A stretch of 54,179 nt of DNA, filler included, from Hydrolagus affinis (Eukaryota), in assembly GCA_012026655.1 (NCBI GenBank). It is 3 parts of 3 records of this genome, joined end to end, with 100 filler letters (N's around TTAATTAATTAA, not from the genome) between each part and the next. Parts side by side here need not be neighbours in the genome. Positions count along the whole stretch, not along the records: positions 12,390 to 42,155 come from JAAILG010007786.1; 2 more parts are not named here. The stretch is one strand, 5' to 3'. The notes under the pieces are model-generated. The model had not been told where the DNA came from and did no database searches. It worked only from the letters and a program-made list of their open reading frames with translations. This document shows, piece after piece, positions 24,540 through 37,482 of the stretch (the first letter of the stretch is position 1; each line of letters begins with the position of its first letter). Position numbers and translations under genes: made by a program.

Positions 24540-25770
24540 TCTCTTCTGGATGAGCGTGAATTTCCTTCAGCTCAATGTTGACAAGACGGAAGCCATATTC
24601 TTCAGTTCTTGTCAACATATTCAATCCCACAGCTCTCACCTCCTCCACCTACCCGACCTGCCCCTAAACCCTCCAAACCTATATGCAACTTAGGCGTCAG
24701 GTTTATCTCCCAATTATTCTTCCTCCATCACATCTGGTCCCTCACCAGCACCGCTTTCTTCCATCCTGGACACATCACCCGTCTCCACCAATATTTCACC
24801 TCAAAAGCCCCCTAAACACTGGTCCATGCCTTTTGTCAAATCTCGGTTCCATTATTCAAATGTCCTCTTCGCTGGTCTCCCCTCCGCCACCATCCTCAAA
24901 ATCCAGGTTAATCAAAATTCTGCTGCCTGCATTCTCAACCATACCAAACTTTGCTCCCCGATTACCCCAGTCCTTGCCAGACTTCACTGGTTCCTTGTCT
25001 TGGAGTGAATTGCTTTCAAAATCCTCAATCTTGTTTTCAAATCCCTCCACTCCTCTGCACCCCCCTACCTCTCTTACTTCCTCTTTCCTCACAACAACAC
25101 CTATTGCCTTCACTCTATCAGATCTGGCCTTTTCCTTGCCTCCCAAATCTTCCGTACCACCGTCAGCAGCTTCAGCCACTATGGCACGAGGCTCTGCTAC
25201 TCCCTTCCTCACTCCCTTTGCCTAGTCAGCTCTTTTCCTGTTTTCAGGTCATGGCTAAGACCTTTGTTTTCGACTGCGCTTTTGGTCACCTTTTTTCCCC
25301 CACCTGGTGCCTCAGCCCTGGGATCCATTATTGTGAAGCACTCTGAGACGCTGTCCGGCATAGAGGGCATTATATAAATCCAAGTTGTTGTTGTTGGCTC
25401 GACTACGCCAACGCCGTGCTTGTCGGTCTTCCCAATTCCTCCCTCCATAGCTTGCAGAAAATCCAGAACTCTGCGGCCAGTGTCCTCTACCACTCCAAGC
25501 TTCAGGACCCCGTCTCCCCCATCCTTGCCCAACTTTATTGGCTTCCTATCACCCAGACGATCCAAATCAAGATCCTAGTTCTCACATTCAAAGCCCTCCA
25601 TGGCCCTCCATGGCCTTGCCCTACCCTCCTTGCTATCTGCTAACCCCATACCAACCTGCCCGCAGCCTCTGCGCAGCAACCTTCAACCTGCTCCACGTTC
25701 CCCAATCCATCCATCCCACCATCGGCGGGCAATCATTTGGCCACTTTGCCCCCAACCACTGGAACTCTAA
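24540..25770 (+). mobile_element. Two tandem L2 LINE fragments (about 24540-25395 and 25400-25770)
   Basis: FLQLNVDKTE-like start, IQNSAA..L and HWL..RI motifs, tail TATAAATCCAAGTTGTTGTTG. Confidence 0.8.
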
Positions 25771-27292
25771 CCTGCAGGTTATTTTTTTCAGGGATTATTA
25801 TAAGGCACGTAATGAAACTTGTTGAGGTTTCACCTTGCCTGGAATCGAACCTAAGTTTCTCGCTTATAAGGCAAGCACTCTAATCATAAGCTACAGAACT
25901 CCATCATTCTTGATCACAATGCTGTATTTTGTTCAACCTTTACAGGACGCTTTAGCATATTCAGAAAAATCAGAGGTGTGCGAATACATTTTACCCTCAA
26001 CCGGCTGATGAAGCGCTCTGAGACGCCGTCCGGCATGGAGGGCGCTATATAAATTGAAGTTGTTGTTGATGGTCTTGATCTTATCTTCATCTCATATAAC
26101 CATATTAAATTATTGAACCCTGCCAGTTGCTGTTTGCATAATGTATTTAAATAGAATTTAAATTCCCATTCACATTTTTCAGCTGTTTAAAATAAAGTGT
26201 CATTTTAAAAAAAAAAACCTGGATTACTATGTTATTTGTTTCTAGATTGGCAAACATATTAAATTCAGCACCAGAAAATTGAGTCAAGTTTTCATTCTAC
26301 CCGAATATTCAATTTACATTTTTGCACTCACTGACATGTGGGATCTACCAAGACTTGATTGCCAAATCTCATAAGTGATATGGTGTTGTGTTAAAATAGA
26401 TCTATTGGTGTTTTGTAAGAGCGGTGGCTACGACTTTGCATTGCATAAAGGTTCTATTTTATTTTTGTGTGATATTTGTAATGCCACTCATCTAAAGTAT
26501 CAAATGAAGTTGCTTGTTTGGTACATTATATTTGAATATAACAGCTTTGATTGATCATTTTAAATTGCAATACATAAAATGTTCAATAATGGTGAACATG
26601 GTCTTTTGGTCAATCATTGATTGTATATGCTATAGGGGAAAGCAATATCTAGAACATGTGGAAACCTATTAAATGCATCCAATCTTTTCGTTCAGACATA
26701 TTTTTAGATATATTTTCTGATTCACCTATATTATTGGTAACAAATACAGCTTCAATGACAACGTAAGTATTTGTTTAATGAAAGGAGACCAAGGTGCACC
26801 ACCATAGTTTGCCTTCCACCAACCGTGCAGTCCCTTGATATGAGTCCCAAACAGCACACTTTATCCCAATGTAGTGTTTTCTAGCAGAAATCTATCTAAT
26901 TTCTCCTTGAAGCAAACTGTAGTTTCTGTCTTTAGCATCTCCTTATCATCTTCAACAAGTTTACTACTCGCTTCTTTGTGTTTGATTTAAAGATTTCTTT
27001 GGCTCTGATTGTGCTTTCCTTTAGATTCAATGGTGTGATTCTAAAATTGTTCTTAAACTGGTGCGGATATATTTTCTTTAGTTATGTATTTCAGCCTTAA
27101 AGATGTACAGTTACATGCTTATTGTGAATGTAAATTTGGGGATGAAAAGGAAGAGCTAATGCAAGAACATAGAAAACAAAAACAGGTAACAGATGGATAG
27201 TTAACCCTCCTCTTTGCTGTCGATCTGAAGAGTGATTCGAATTAAAATTGAAGCGCATAATTCACTCATGAAATCACGTGTCTTATCTGTGT

Positions 27293-27312
27293 GAGGAAGT
27301 CACATGACACTG
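27293..27312 (+). promoter_or_regulatory. Candidate gene D promoter, ETS plus E-box (GAGGAAGTCACATGACAC)
   Basis: About 90 nt upstream of the ATG; conserved in gene E at 37213-37230. Confidence 0.4.
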
Positions 27313-27393
27313 TGAATTATTTTATATTAGACAACCAGCAAATCCATGTTACACCAGCAAGAGGCTCAGGGCGAGTCTGAACAACTGATCACA

Positions 27394-27448
27394 ATGGTGG
27401 CCAGTGATATGTCCCCCTATCTTTCTCTAATGGGGATTATTTTCACAG
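27394..27448 (+). CDS. Gene D exon 1, signal peptide (MVASDMSPYLSLMGIIFT)
   Basis: 55 nt, phase-1 donor CAG/GTAAGT; close paralogue of gene E leader. Confidence 0.8.
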
Positions 27449-27659
27449 GTAAGTGTTTCACAACAGTGCATTTAAATACAGATCGATATCGGTGAAGTGT
27501 TTCAAAATGTGTTCAGTGAGTGCGTCCATCACTCTTTCGCTTTCTTCCACCTTCTCTCACTCCTTCCCTATAGCTATTTTATCATCTTTCATCAACTCTA
27601 TCATCGCTAATTATAGATTCCACAATCACTTATTATAGATCTGTGTTATTTTCTCACAG

Positions 27660-27965
27660 TTGCAGGTGATGCATCGATGAAAGTGATTCAATATCCTGAA
27701 GACCGGACAGTAATGCAAGGTGAAAACGTTGCCTTTGGCTGCAAGGTTGCCGATATTCCACACGATTCAGATATAACATTTCACTGGTGGAAGCGAGGAG
27801 AGAGTGAGTACTTACATCAAAGACCTGACAACAGGAAAATGTTTGGCGTCAAAACATTCCAGCTTCTAAATGTGAATTTCAATGATTCCGGAGTCTATCA
27901 CTGTGCAGTGATCCATCAGGGGAAAAGAGCAGAAAATGGAACCGGATCAAGTTTGACTGTACACG
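27660..27965 (+). CDS. Gene D exon 2, NKp30/SIRP-like V domain
   Basis: Acceptor TCACAG, donor ACG/GTAAGT; VIQYP..FGC..HWW..DSGVYHC..NGTGSSLTV. Confidence 0.88.
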
Positions 27966-28339
27966 GTAAGTCTGGACACAATAGTAACGGGGAAAGTATT
28001 GCAGCAAATTTTCATAATTACGGGTAAACTATTTGTTTAATTTACAACTCCCTCAAAAGGTTATGATTGCACAGTACACGGGAACAGACTTGATTTTAAC
28101 CCGAAATACATTTTATCAGTAGAATATTTTTCTCGTACAATTCTGGTGCTTCGTTACGGGGCTGATGTGAGCGAACAGGTTTGTACCAATCAACAAAGTG
28201 GGAATTTGAGTTCTTTTATAACTGCGTTAAGCAATGCTTTCAAACATATGTATCCCGTATACCACTGTATGTAGCATGTTAATCCTATATATTGTATTGT
28301 GTCCTGAACGCATTTATTGAGATTGTCCCACATCAGGAC

Positions 28340-28695
28340 ATGAAGATCACAGTGTGCACTGACAATCCAATGCAATGCTGGGTCAGCGCTCTATGTCTTG
28401 AGGTGCCCCCTATTTGGATGAGCCATTACCGAAGTCCATTCTGGCTGTTTAGGTGGATATTAAAAGTCATGTGGAAGTACAGGTATTCGAAACGGGAAGA
28501 CATGTTTTTCCTCCCTGGATCCTGGCTAATGAATCCCCAGTTCAAGTTGGTTGTACACTTTGTGTTTGTGGGTAGATTGCTGTGTGCAAAGTTGGCTGCT
28601 ATATTGCCCTACAAAATCATCACACTTTGCAGTGAATCCTTTGAAATGCTTTGAAAATCATCTGAACATTCAATGTCTATATCTAATGCAAGCAT
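28340..28695 (+). mobile_element. Deu-domain SINE (SacSINE1/AmnSINE-like) in gene D intron 2
   Basis: GAGGTGCC..GGATGAG..CCGA.GTCC..AGGTGGA..TAAAAG..CCTGGC.AAT core; paralogous copy in gene E. Confidence 0.55.
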
Positions 28696-29588
28696 TATTA
28701 CTATTATTAATCAAAGTCACTTGTACCTATGGTCCAGACATTTACAATTCACTAATTTATAAGAAAGGCAAATGTTTAAAATCAGTTAGACAATTTCAGG
28801 TAACCTGAACAATCTACACAAAAACAATGTCCCACATTCAGCCACTAAATTATTTTGAATTACCTATTCTAGTTATGGAAAATTGTTTGGAAACCTATAA
28901 ACTAAATTAAAAAGCAGAGTGGAACAAAATCAATGTTGGTGTGAGATGGGATCTTTTGCTTCTATTTCTAATTATGGTGAAGTCTCTAGATTTCTGCAGG
29001 ACACGATCCTGCGATTAGGGCATTTTATAATTACAGATTGCTGCTGGAGAATGGTGGCAGAACTTTTAATTGATTTTCACCTGCCACTTTCCTCATATCC
29101 CATTTGAATCGGCATCTAAAGCCACTTATGGGAATGGATACCACAATTTTACCGAATTATATATGAATACAAAATGTTTCATTTTACATCTAATAGGTTT
29201 AGACAAGACGTTAGGGTTGTGTACCCTTCAAATTTTGCTCCTCTACTAGAAGTACGTGCTCTGGGCATTTTTAGCCTTTGTTGACAGCTCAATCAAATTA
29301 CTTCCCATCCTTCCCACATATATCAAATATAAACCACGTTTACTCATCTTATCGTCATAGTTAGATCCTTTCATCCATTAATCTACTAAATACTGGCTTT
29401 ACCTCCTGCAAGGCATCTTTTGACATTTGCTACCCTGAACATTGTTGAAAATAAAAAACCCAAACAGGATAAGTCTCTTTCTGTTACAATCCAGACTACT
29501 TGTTCGGACAACAACAATAATGGGAATAAAGTTTTATATTCCAACTAATCACAAGTAACGCGATTTTACTCCATTGTGTGTCCTACAG

Positions 29589-29906
29589 TCCCCCCGACCC
29601 CTCTGCGGATATTCCCCAGAGATTCTGAAAGAGAATCATCAACATCTCAGATTCTTGTGTGTAAAACGGCTGCGTTTTACCCCGACGGTGCAATGCTCAC
29701 TTGGAATAAAGGTAGTGAAGTTATAACTGCGATAAATTTTACTGAAGAGAAGAATACAGATGGACTTTATGAAGTTTCTAGCTATATGGAAGACACACAA
29801 CCTGTACAGTTCGGTGTAGTTTATACCTGTCTGGTATCTCACGTCACCCTCCAATCTCCAGTGGTTGCCGTCTACACCGTTCCTAAAGTGTACACAGCAT
29901 TGGAAG
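29589..29906 (+). CDS. Gene D exon 3, C1-set domain
   Basis: Acceptor CTACAG, donor AAG/GTAGGA; LVCKTAAFYP..LTW..YTCLVSH.TL. Confidence 0.88.
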
Positions 29907-30754
29907 GTAGGATGCTGACTTGTTTTGAAGTCTTTTGTTGTTTAACACCTTGCTACCAGAAAATATATTTACATTTATTTACGCCACCATTTGTAGGCAT
30001 CCAATCTTCCCGCTGTAGACTCAATATATACAAAACTATCAACTATAAATGTAGAGTCTTTGAATCGAAGAATATCTCAGATCTGGGTATTTCTTGTTTA
30101 TCCATTAAATTCTAAATATCTTCCCTTCAAATAAGTTCATTACTTTTGTGGCATTTAGTAACATGCCAAACTGCAATAGTCCTGCAATAGTCCTCTCCCC
30201 ACCTATATTTAGGTTTGAAATCAGAAATCAAACTTTTGGACTAATACATGCGTACAAATGAAACAAATAATATTTGTTAATCAATCCATTGAATTTTCTG
30301 ATGAATTTTTTGAACAAACCTTTCGTTACTTATTCCTTTGGAACAAAAATCACCATAATTAAAACAAAACTCTTTTGTGAGATGTTTTAAAGAAGTTCAG
30401 TTTAATAGTAGATGTCCAATGGAATCAGTTTTGATTACGATAGTGGCCACAGCTTGGGTCTGAACAGTCATTCTCTCTGGTACATTTGAAGTTGAGCACA
30501 CAGTCTCAGGGGAACTATTACCACATAATATATAAATACATCTCTAAAACATCACTAATAAACTGCCTGTGCATTGGTATTCACTGCTATTCTCTACTGT
30601 TTTCAATCAATTGAATGCACAGTTTATAATATTCCTCCACCTCATTGTAGCTTCCAATAGAAAATAGTTAAGAACGTATTTATTTTCCCAATAAAGCCTA
30701 ATTATTGAGTAGTTTCCATGTAAATCCTTTTGCATTCCAATATTTGTTTTCTAG

Positions 30755-30869
30755 GTTATCGTGGAATGTCAGAGAATATGATGATTTCATGGTTTATATT
30801 CTGTTTCTTGGTAGTGATAGTGTTGACCATCTTCATTGTTGACCATGTTAAAATCTCACAACTTGAAAG
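30755..30869 (+). CDS. Gene D exon 4, transmembrane (unrelated to C and E TM)
   Basis: Acceptor TTCTAG, donor AAG/GTAAGG ending in phase 2; ISWFIFCFLVVIVLTIFIV; a candidate acceptor at 31803 would add Arg then stop (unconfirmed). Confidence 0.72.
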
Positions 30870-32229
30870 GTAAGGCATTCTTTGCTTCAAAATAATATTG
30901 TGATTCGATTCACATTATTGTATTTGTATCGTAGCCCATAAAATTATCAATCTACAGGACTCAAATTTATGTTGTTCGCTGCTAACCGGGACCAGACTGT
31001 TTAGATTGTGGACATGACAATTTGTTATATTGGAGGATTCTCTAATAATCAGTGTATATAAAGATATCTCCTCCAAATCTCCAGGTGTCTGGAACAACAT
31101 TAAACAATATATTAGTGTAATAATTTCCATATCTGTTACTTGGTTATCATTTTAATATTCATATCATCGATCATAAACTCTGCTCACAAGAGGCTGGACA
31201 ATGTTGAAGATAAGTTGAAAATACGAACAGTGTAATAATAAATTGATACCGTCCTAGAGACACATGAAATCAGGCAGTCATTGGTGATCAAATGCAAAAT
31301 ACTGCAGATGCTGGATATCTGAAACAATTACAGAGATTGCAAGGAACACTCAGCAGATCAGGCAGCATTTACGGAGAAAGGAAAGTGAGTCAATTTTTAA
31401 GGTCCATGGCTCTTCATCACCAAGGCTTCTAACGAAGGATCATGGACCAGAAATGTTCCCCACTTTACTTTCTCCATAGATGTGCCTGACCTGATGAGTG
31501 TTCCCAGCCAGCTATGTGTTTGAGTCTTATTTGATATTTGGGTTTCCGTCTCCAGCTCGGGTGTCAAGCACTTTCAGACGTCCCTCCAACATGAAAGATG
31601 TGAAATAGATATAAATTGTGTTGCCTGAATATGTTTAATTGTCGTTTAAAATTATAGCTAAAACACTCCAAGTTTGTAGTTTCATTGTAAACATATCAAA
31701 TTGATACATCAATTTGTTGGCCGAAGATGCAGCAATCTTTACAATTAATCATAGAATCAATAGATTGGTAATATTCACAATGGCACTGCTTGTTTAATTA
31801 TAGATGAAGGAAAGAAGAAACGATCATATGGTTTGAATTATGCTGGTGGAAATGCACTGACTGGAAGAAATCGAAGACTGTACATTTTGGACTAGTATAC
31901 TATATTAAACATATTTGAGTCCATGTGATTTATACCATTTAGGAGTCAGAATATGTCTACATTATCAACCATTATTTGCTTCTCACCCAGCGAATGTTAG
32001 CAATTTCCCAGGCTTCGTTGTAGACTCAGATCAAAATATTTCACATCAGTTTGGTCAATTTGGCTCCAATAAACCGAGAATTATGAATATAATATCATAC
32101 ATCAAATGCAATCAATATAGTGTTTTAAAAAAATATCTTAGGGACATATCCCGGAGTCCAGTTGTCCATCCAAAATAATAATACAATTAACCTTGCTTTT
32201 AATGTAGCACATTACACGTTACACTCTCC

Positions 32230-32950
32230 GAACCTGTGCGCAACCTAGGCATCAGGTTTGACTCACAACTGTCCTTCCTCCCCCACATCTGGTCGCTCAC
32301 CAGCACCGCCTTCTACCACCTCCGACAGATCGCCCGTCTTCGGCAATACTCACGCCGAAAGCTGCTGAAACCTTGGTCCATGCCTTTGTCACCTCTCAGC
32401 TGGATTACTGCAACGCGCTCCTCGCCGGTCTCCCCGTCACTACAATCCACAAAATCCAGCTAATTCAAAACTCTGCCACCCGCATACTCACCCACACCAA
32501 GCTTTGCTCCCCATTACCCCACGCCTTGCCAGACTTCACTGGCTCCCTGTCCCTGAGAGGATCAATTTCAAGATTTGTTTTCAAGTCCCTCCACTTCTCT
32601 GCACCCCCCGAACCTCTCTGATCTCCTGCCTCCCCAAACCAGCACCCGCTACCTTCCCTCCACCGGGTCTGGCCTCCTCCATGTCCCCCGAATCCTCCAC
32701 TCCACCCTCAGCGGCCATGCCTTCAGCCACTATGCCCCAAGGCTCTGGAACTCCCTTCCTCACTACCTTCACCTCGCCCCCTCTCTTCCCAGTTTCAGGT
32801 CTCAGTTAAAGACCTTTCACTTCGACCGTGCCTTTGGTCACCTTTCTACCCATGCCCCTGGCTCAGTCCTGGGATCCGCTATTGTGAAGCGCTCTGAGAC
32901 GCCATCCAGCTTGGAGGGCGCCATATAAATCAAAGTTGTTGTTGTTGTTG
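32230..32950 (+). mobile_element. L2 LINE 3' fragment
   Basis: VRNLGIRFDSQLSF..LVHAFVTSQLDYCNALLAGLP..APRLWNSLP over shifted frames; (TTG)n tail. Confidence 0.88.
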
Positions 32951-32952
32951 TT

Positions 32953-33605
32953 CTAGACATCTCAAAGCGCTTCACAGAATATACTGTAAAGTGAATTGAC
33001 TCTATATACAGTAAAAGCTGTTTATCCGGCATACATCGGGGGGTGGGGTCGACTAATTGATTGTGTCGGATAATCAGGCGGCAAGTTGCCGAAAACTCAA
33101 CACAAAAAATTTACTTATTTTAAAACATACCATATTAATAATATGATAAATAGTAACAGAATATTGTATGGATACTTACCAATAAAGATTCCAGCATACT
33201 CGGTAAAAAAAAGATCGGTAAAAAAGCATTTTCTACCGATCGGTAGAAACCTAGAGCTCGTAAGTTTAATAAGTGCGCATGCACACGCATTGCGCGCATG
33301 CATAAAGTGAGCATACTCACGATTGCTGGAATGGGGAATTGCCCCAGGAGGGGGTCGAGCAATCCGGTCGATCGGGTCACGGATAAATGGGCTTTTACTG
33401 TATATGGGCAAAAAGTGGCAGCGAATTTCACTCAATAGTGTCCCACAAACAATCATGGATTGAAATTATCAAATTTTTTTGAGCGATTATTATTAGGCAT
33501 GTGGAGTAAGGAAACTTGTCCAAAGTTTCATCTGCCTGGAATTGAAGCCAGGTCGCTGGCTTTTAAGGTGAGTGCTCTAACCACTGAGCTACAGGACTCC
33601 ATGAT
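32953..33605 (-). mobile_element. tRNA-headed SINE interrupted by the Tc1/mariner MITE
   Basis: Tail and core left of 33009, remaining core and head (GGAGTCCTGTAGCTCAGTGG) right of 33400. Confidence 0.8.
33009..33400. mobile_element. Tc1/mariner (Tigger/pogo-type) MITE
   Basis: TIR CAGTAAAAGC..TTTATCCG at both ends, TA on both flanks, inserted inside a SINE. Confidence 0.8.
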
Positions 33606-34544
33606 TGTAGATGACATCAAGTTTTCTGACTGCTACTGACTTGTTTCAATAATTCTATGCCACAGAGAGCTTTCTCCACAAAAGGATCCAGAAGGCAGCT
33701 GCACTTTGAACTATACTTTTGTTCCAATTTTATAGTGGACCAGCATAAACACTTCAAATTTTTCAGCTTTTTAAAAATGAAACCTTGGTCTGTTTTATCG
33801 TAATTACAAAAACGTCCCAGATTATCATGTTATTTGTTTTTAAATTCGCAAACATTTCAAATTCAGCACCAGAAAATGGAGTCAAGTTTGTCGTTCTACC
33901 ACAAGTTTCCAAATATTTTACATTGCACTCACAGGCACATGTGAACTATTGAGACTTGATCGCCAGGTCCCAGGTCACACTGTATTTTATTGCATTAATA
34001 TAGAGTTATTCATTTTTAGTAACGATGATTGGTGGCTAATGGCTTTGCAAAGAATAAAGGTTTTATTTTATGTTTAGTGTGATATATGTAGGAGCACTTG
34101 CCTAAAATCTCCAACAAAATTCTCTGTATCATGCAATGTAATTGAACATAACAGCTTTGATTTCATCCTGTTGAATTGTAGTAAATAAAATATTCAATGA
34201 ACTTGAATACGGTAGTTTAATCAATCATTGATTGTCTATGCTCCAAAGGAAACAATGTCTGGGACATGTGGAAATCCATTAAAAGCATCAATCATTGAGT
34301 TGCGAAATATTGATTAGATCTATTTGCTGATCCTGTAATGTTGGTAACAACGCCAATTTAAGAACATGAAAACATAATTTTGCTGGCGAAAGAAGACCAA
34401 GGTCCATCAGATCGCCTTTCACTATCCTGGCAGTCGCTTGACATGTTGCGTCACTATATACAGTACTGTATCCTGATATCCTGAGTTATTATTATTCATG
34501 ATTAATGTATCTACTTTGTTCTTGAAGCAACACGTTTTGAATCC

Positions 34545-34720
34545 ATCATGTCTGGTCGATGAGACCAAACCTAGATTGGAACCTAGATCGCTTTGCCGCA
34601 CAGCTCACTTCTTTTCACAAGTGTAACCCTGAGCTTTTGGTTGCTTGCCACTTTATTCTTCCTTCCCACTCCAACTCTGACTTCTTCAATGGTATCCTAT
34701 AATGCTTAAAAAAGCAGAAC
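34545..34720 (+). mobile_element. Penelope-like element GIY-YIG endonuclease remnant
   Basis: ETK.RL / DRFAAQL..PELLVACHF..PSHS.SD, matching the Penelope GETKRRL.DRFAEH..PVA.HF pattern with a frameshift. Confidence 0.6.
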
Positions 34721-36639
34721 CCTCCCACGCACCCCCTCCCCCATCCCCCCTACCCACCCCCCCATACCCACTTCATTAGCCCCAGAGCTAACGAAGATCT
34801 CTGTTGACTTTATTCATTAGAGTTTGACATGAAACTAATGTTACCATGTAGAGAATGAAGCATCTTTACCTCTTATTTAAGCTTTTATCCATACAGGCTT
34901 GGCATGTGTCACTGAGTCCTGTTATGATATGATGTTGTTCATTTTAAAAATACATCCAAATAGCTCAAATAAGTCTGCTGAGGAGCGTGAAGTGAACCAT
35001 ATATAGTGTATCAGTCTGGCTCATTTGGAAGACTCCTCACCTCTGAGTCAGAAGTTTTTAGATTCAAGCTCCATATAGGGACTTGGAACTCATATACTCT
35101 AGGACAGGTTGGTCCAGCCTTTTGGCTGTTGAGCACTGAATGCCCTATTTAAGAAACATCTGTAGGCTGTATATGTAATATATGTGTGTTACACTTCAAT
35201 ATACATAACAACGTTTACACAAGTACCCTTTTCGGGGAAGTGGGGATGTCAACCCATTGACATTCCTGGCTGAGCACCTGAGCTGGGGGTGTAAGACAAG
35301 GGAGGAGTTGGGGAGAGGAAACGATGGCAGTCAAATAGTTCTTCATGTGCCTTGAAAGAGACGAGGGAAGGAACGATTTTGAAGGGACTCCAGCCGTACA
35401 CTCACACACTCTCTCCAACTCTCAATCCCTAAGCTCTGTGCTCCCTAATTTACTCTTGTTTCTTTCTCTTGCGCTCTCAGGCTCTCTCTCATTCTGTGAA
35501 CACCACCCCATCCCCAACACCACTGCCACTCACAGCCGCTCTCTCTGCCCCTCTCTCTGTCACTCTCCCACTGCACTCTCATTGCTCAATGGGTATCCAA
35601 ACTGTGAGCAGAGTAATTGAGATTATATCAAACATTTCACACTGAGCAGTGATGTCCACCAAGACCTTCATAGGGAGGTGTTACTACCTGACATCCACCA
35701 AGTGAGGGCTAAAACCTGCCTTTGTCAATTGTTAAATGGCAAACTAGAGTCCCCAGAACTTGGCTTTTGCCTGTTATTAATACTCTCTAGGATTCGCTAA
35801 ACAGGATTTTTCCCTGCAAGGGAGAGGATCTATTCCCAATACATGGGAATTTCCACACCAAATCGGGATGCATGGAACTCTTAGTTTACTTTGTGGGATC
35901 TTAAACATGGTGATGGGTTTCTTCATGGATTTGATACCCAGATGAGAAAAAATAATTGCACAGATATCCGTGAAGATGTCAGGCAGGTTGTTTGGATCTA
36001 ATTATTTTGTTGCCGATTGGTTTCTATCAATAGTTGTATGGAACTATCTGAAGATGTGATGATCCACCAAATTGGTATCAGTCAACCCCAGCATCGCTCC
36101 ATACACAACGTGAGTTTGAATTCTGCCATAAAGGCTAGATGTGCAACCAACGGATCGGGTTAAACTCGTCATAGCTTTCGTGATCACGTTTCCTTACAAA
36201 TTGCACTTGCAACTCAAATTCAATTTCCTGAACCCTCAAAGACAGGAAGTCAAATGACACAGAAGTTTCTGTGGGTAAAACATCTATGCAAGTTGCTGTT
36301 CTTATCCAGGCTGCCTGGTCAGGTGTAAGTTAAAGATCTTAGCATTACTCTTATACTGAAGTGTGTCCTCTGGGGAAAATTGTCCATTGACTTCATACTT
36401 GCTTCTGTGACATTGCCGTGCACAAATAGATGCAATAAACATTAAATAATTCAAATCTTTGTGGTTGATTCAAAGATCATTTTGGTTTTCCGTGTGCTTT
36501 TCATTAGATTCCAAACAATGGTGAAGCCTAAAGATGATGTTAAACTGGAGAGAATGAAGCTTCCTAAACTCTGTTTTTCAGCTTTAAAAACATATTGTTC
36601 CTGATAATATACATATTATAAATGTGAATGTTTGGGATA

Positions 36640-37055
36640 GTCAAAAACGTTTATTGATTCAGGAAATGGAAGGACTGGTCTATGAGGAATGACTAAGTAG
36701 ATTAGCTATTTTCATGGTGGAAAAGAGAAGATTAAAAGGCAACACGATTTTTATCTTTAAGATTCTGAAGGGGCTAGACAATATAGATCAAGCTGTTTCA
36801 ACTAGTCTCAACATGCCTTTCGATAGAAGGACTGTACATTAAAACATATCTACACATTGTGGAACAGGCTGCCTAGGGAGATGGTGAAGCATGAAGCATT
36901 GATTCCTTCAAACACAAATTAGATACGTTTTTCAGGAAATATCATTGTGGTATATAGCACATAGGTATGAATGTGCATGTGGAGACCAGGAAGGTAGAAG
37001 TGGAACTAGATGGACCTTGGTATATTTATGTCTACCATCTCTAATGTTCTTATGA
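36640..37055 (+). mobile_element. CR1 LINE fragment inserted upstream of gene E, absent from the gene D paralogous region
   Basis: Degenerate EKRRLKG..IFKILKGLD..W..LP..MV..FK..LD; D-homologous sequence resumes on both sides. Confidence 0.65.
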
Positions 37056-37212
37056 TAAGGAAGAATTAATGCAGGAATGCAGAAAATAAAAACAGGCAAT
37101 AATGTGCATTTATTTACCCCTTCTCTTTGCTACCAATCTGAGGAATGATTACAGTTATGATAGAAAGCCACAATTTGCAAACTGCGTCTAACTCATCTCT
37201 GATAAACGGATA

Positions 37213-37232
37213 CAGGAAATCACATGACACTG
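37213..37232 (+). promoter_or_regulatory. Candidate gene E promoter, ETS plus E-box (CAGGAAATCACATGACAC)
   Basis: Same position relative to the ATG as in gene D. Confidence 0.4.
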
Positions 37233-37308
37233 CAAATTATTTCGACAATCAGCAAACATTTCTTGCACCGAGCAAGAGGCTCAGTGTGAGTTTCAACAAC
37301 TGATTGCA

Positions 37309-37363
37309 ATGATGGCGAATGATTTGCTCCTCTATCTTTCTGTAATGGGGTTTATTTTCACAG
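37309..37363 (+). CDS. Gene E exon 1, signal peptide (MMANDLLLYLSVMGFIFT)
   Basis: 55 nt, phase-1 donor CAG/GTAAGT. Confidence 0.82.
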
Positions 37364-37482
37364 GTAAGTGTTTTACTGCAGCGCATCTTAAGTGCAAAAT
37401 AATATTGATGAATAGTTTCAAAATGTTTCTCACTCTTTCACTTTCTTGCATCCTCTTTCCCTCCTTTCCCGGGAGTCTTGTG

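Noticed and set aside
27899-27905. CACTGTG at the YHC motif of D (and E) as a V-replacement-type cryptic RSS
   Set aside because: No nonamer at 12 or 23 nt upstream; explained by coding constraint
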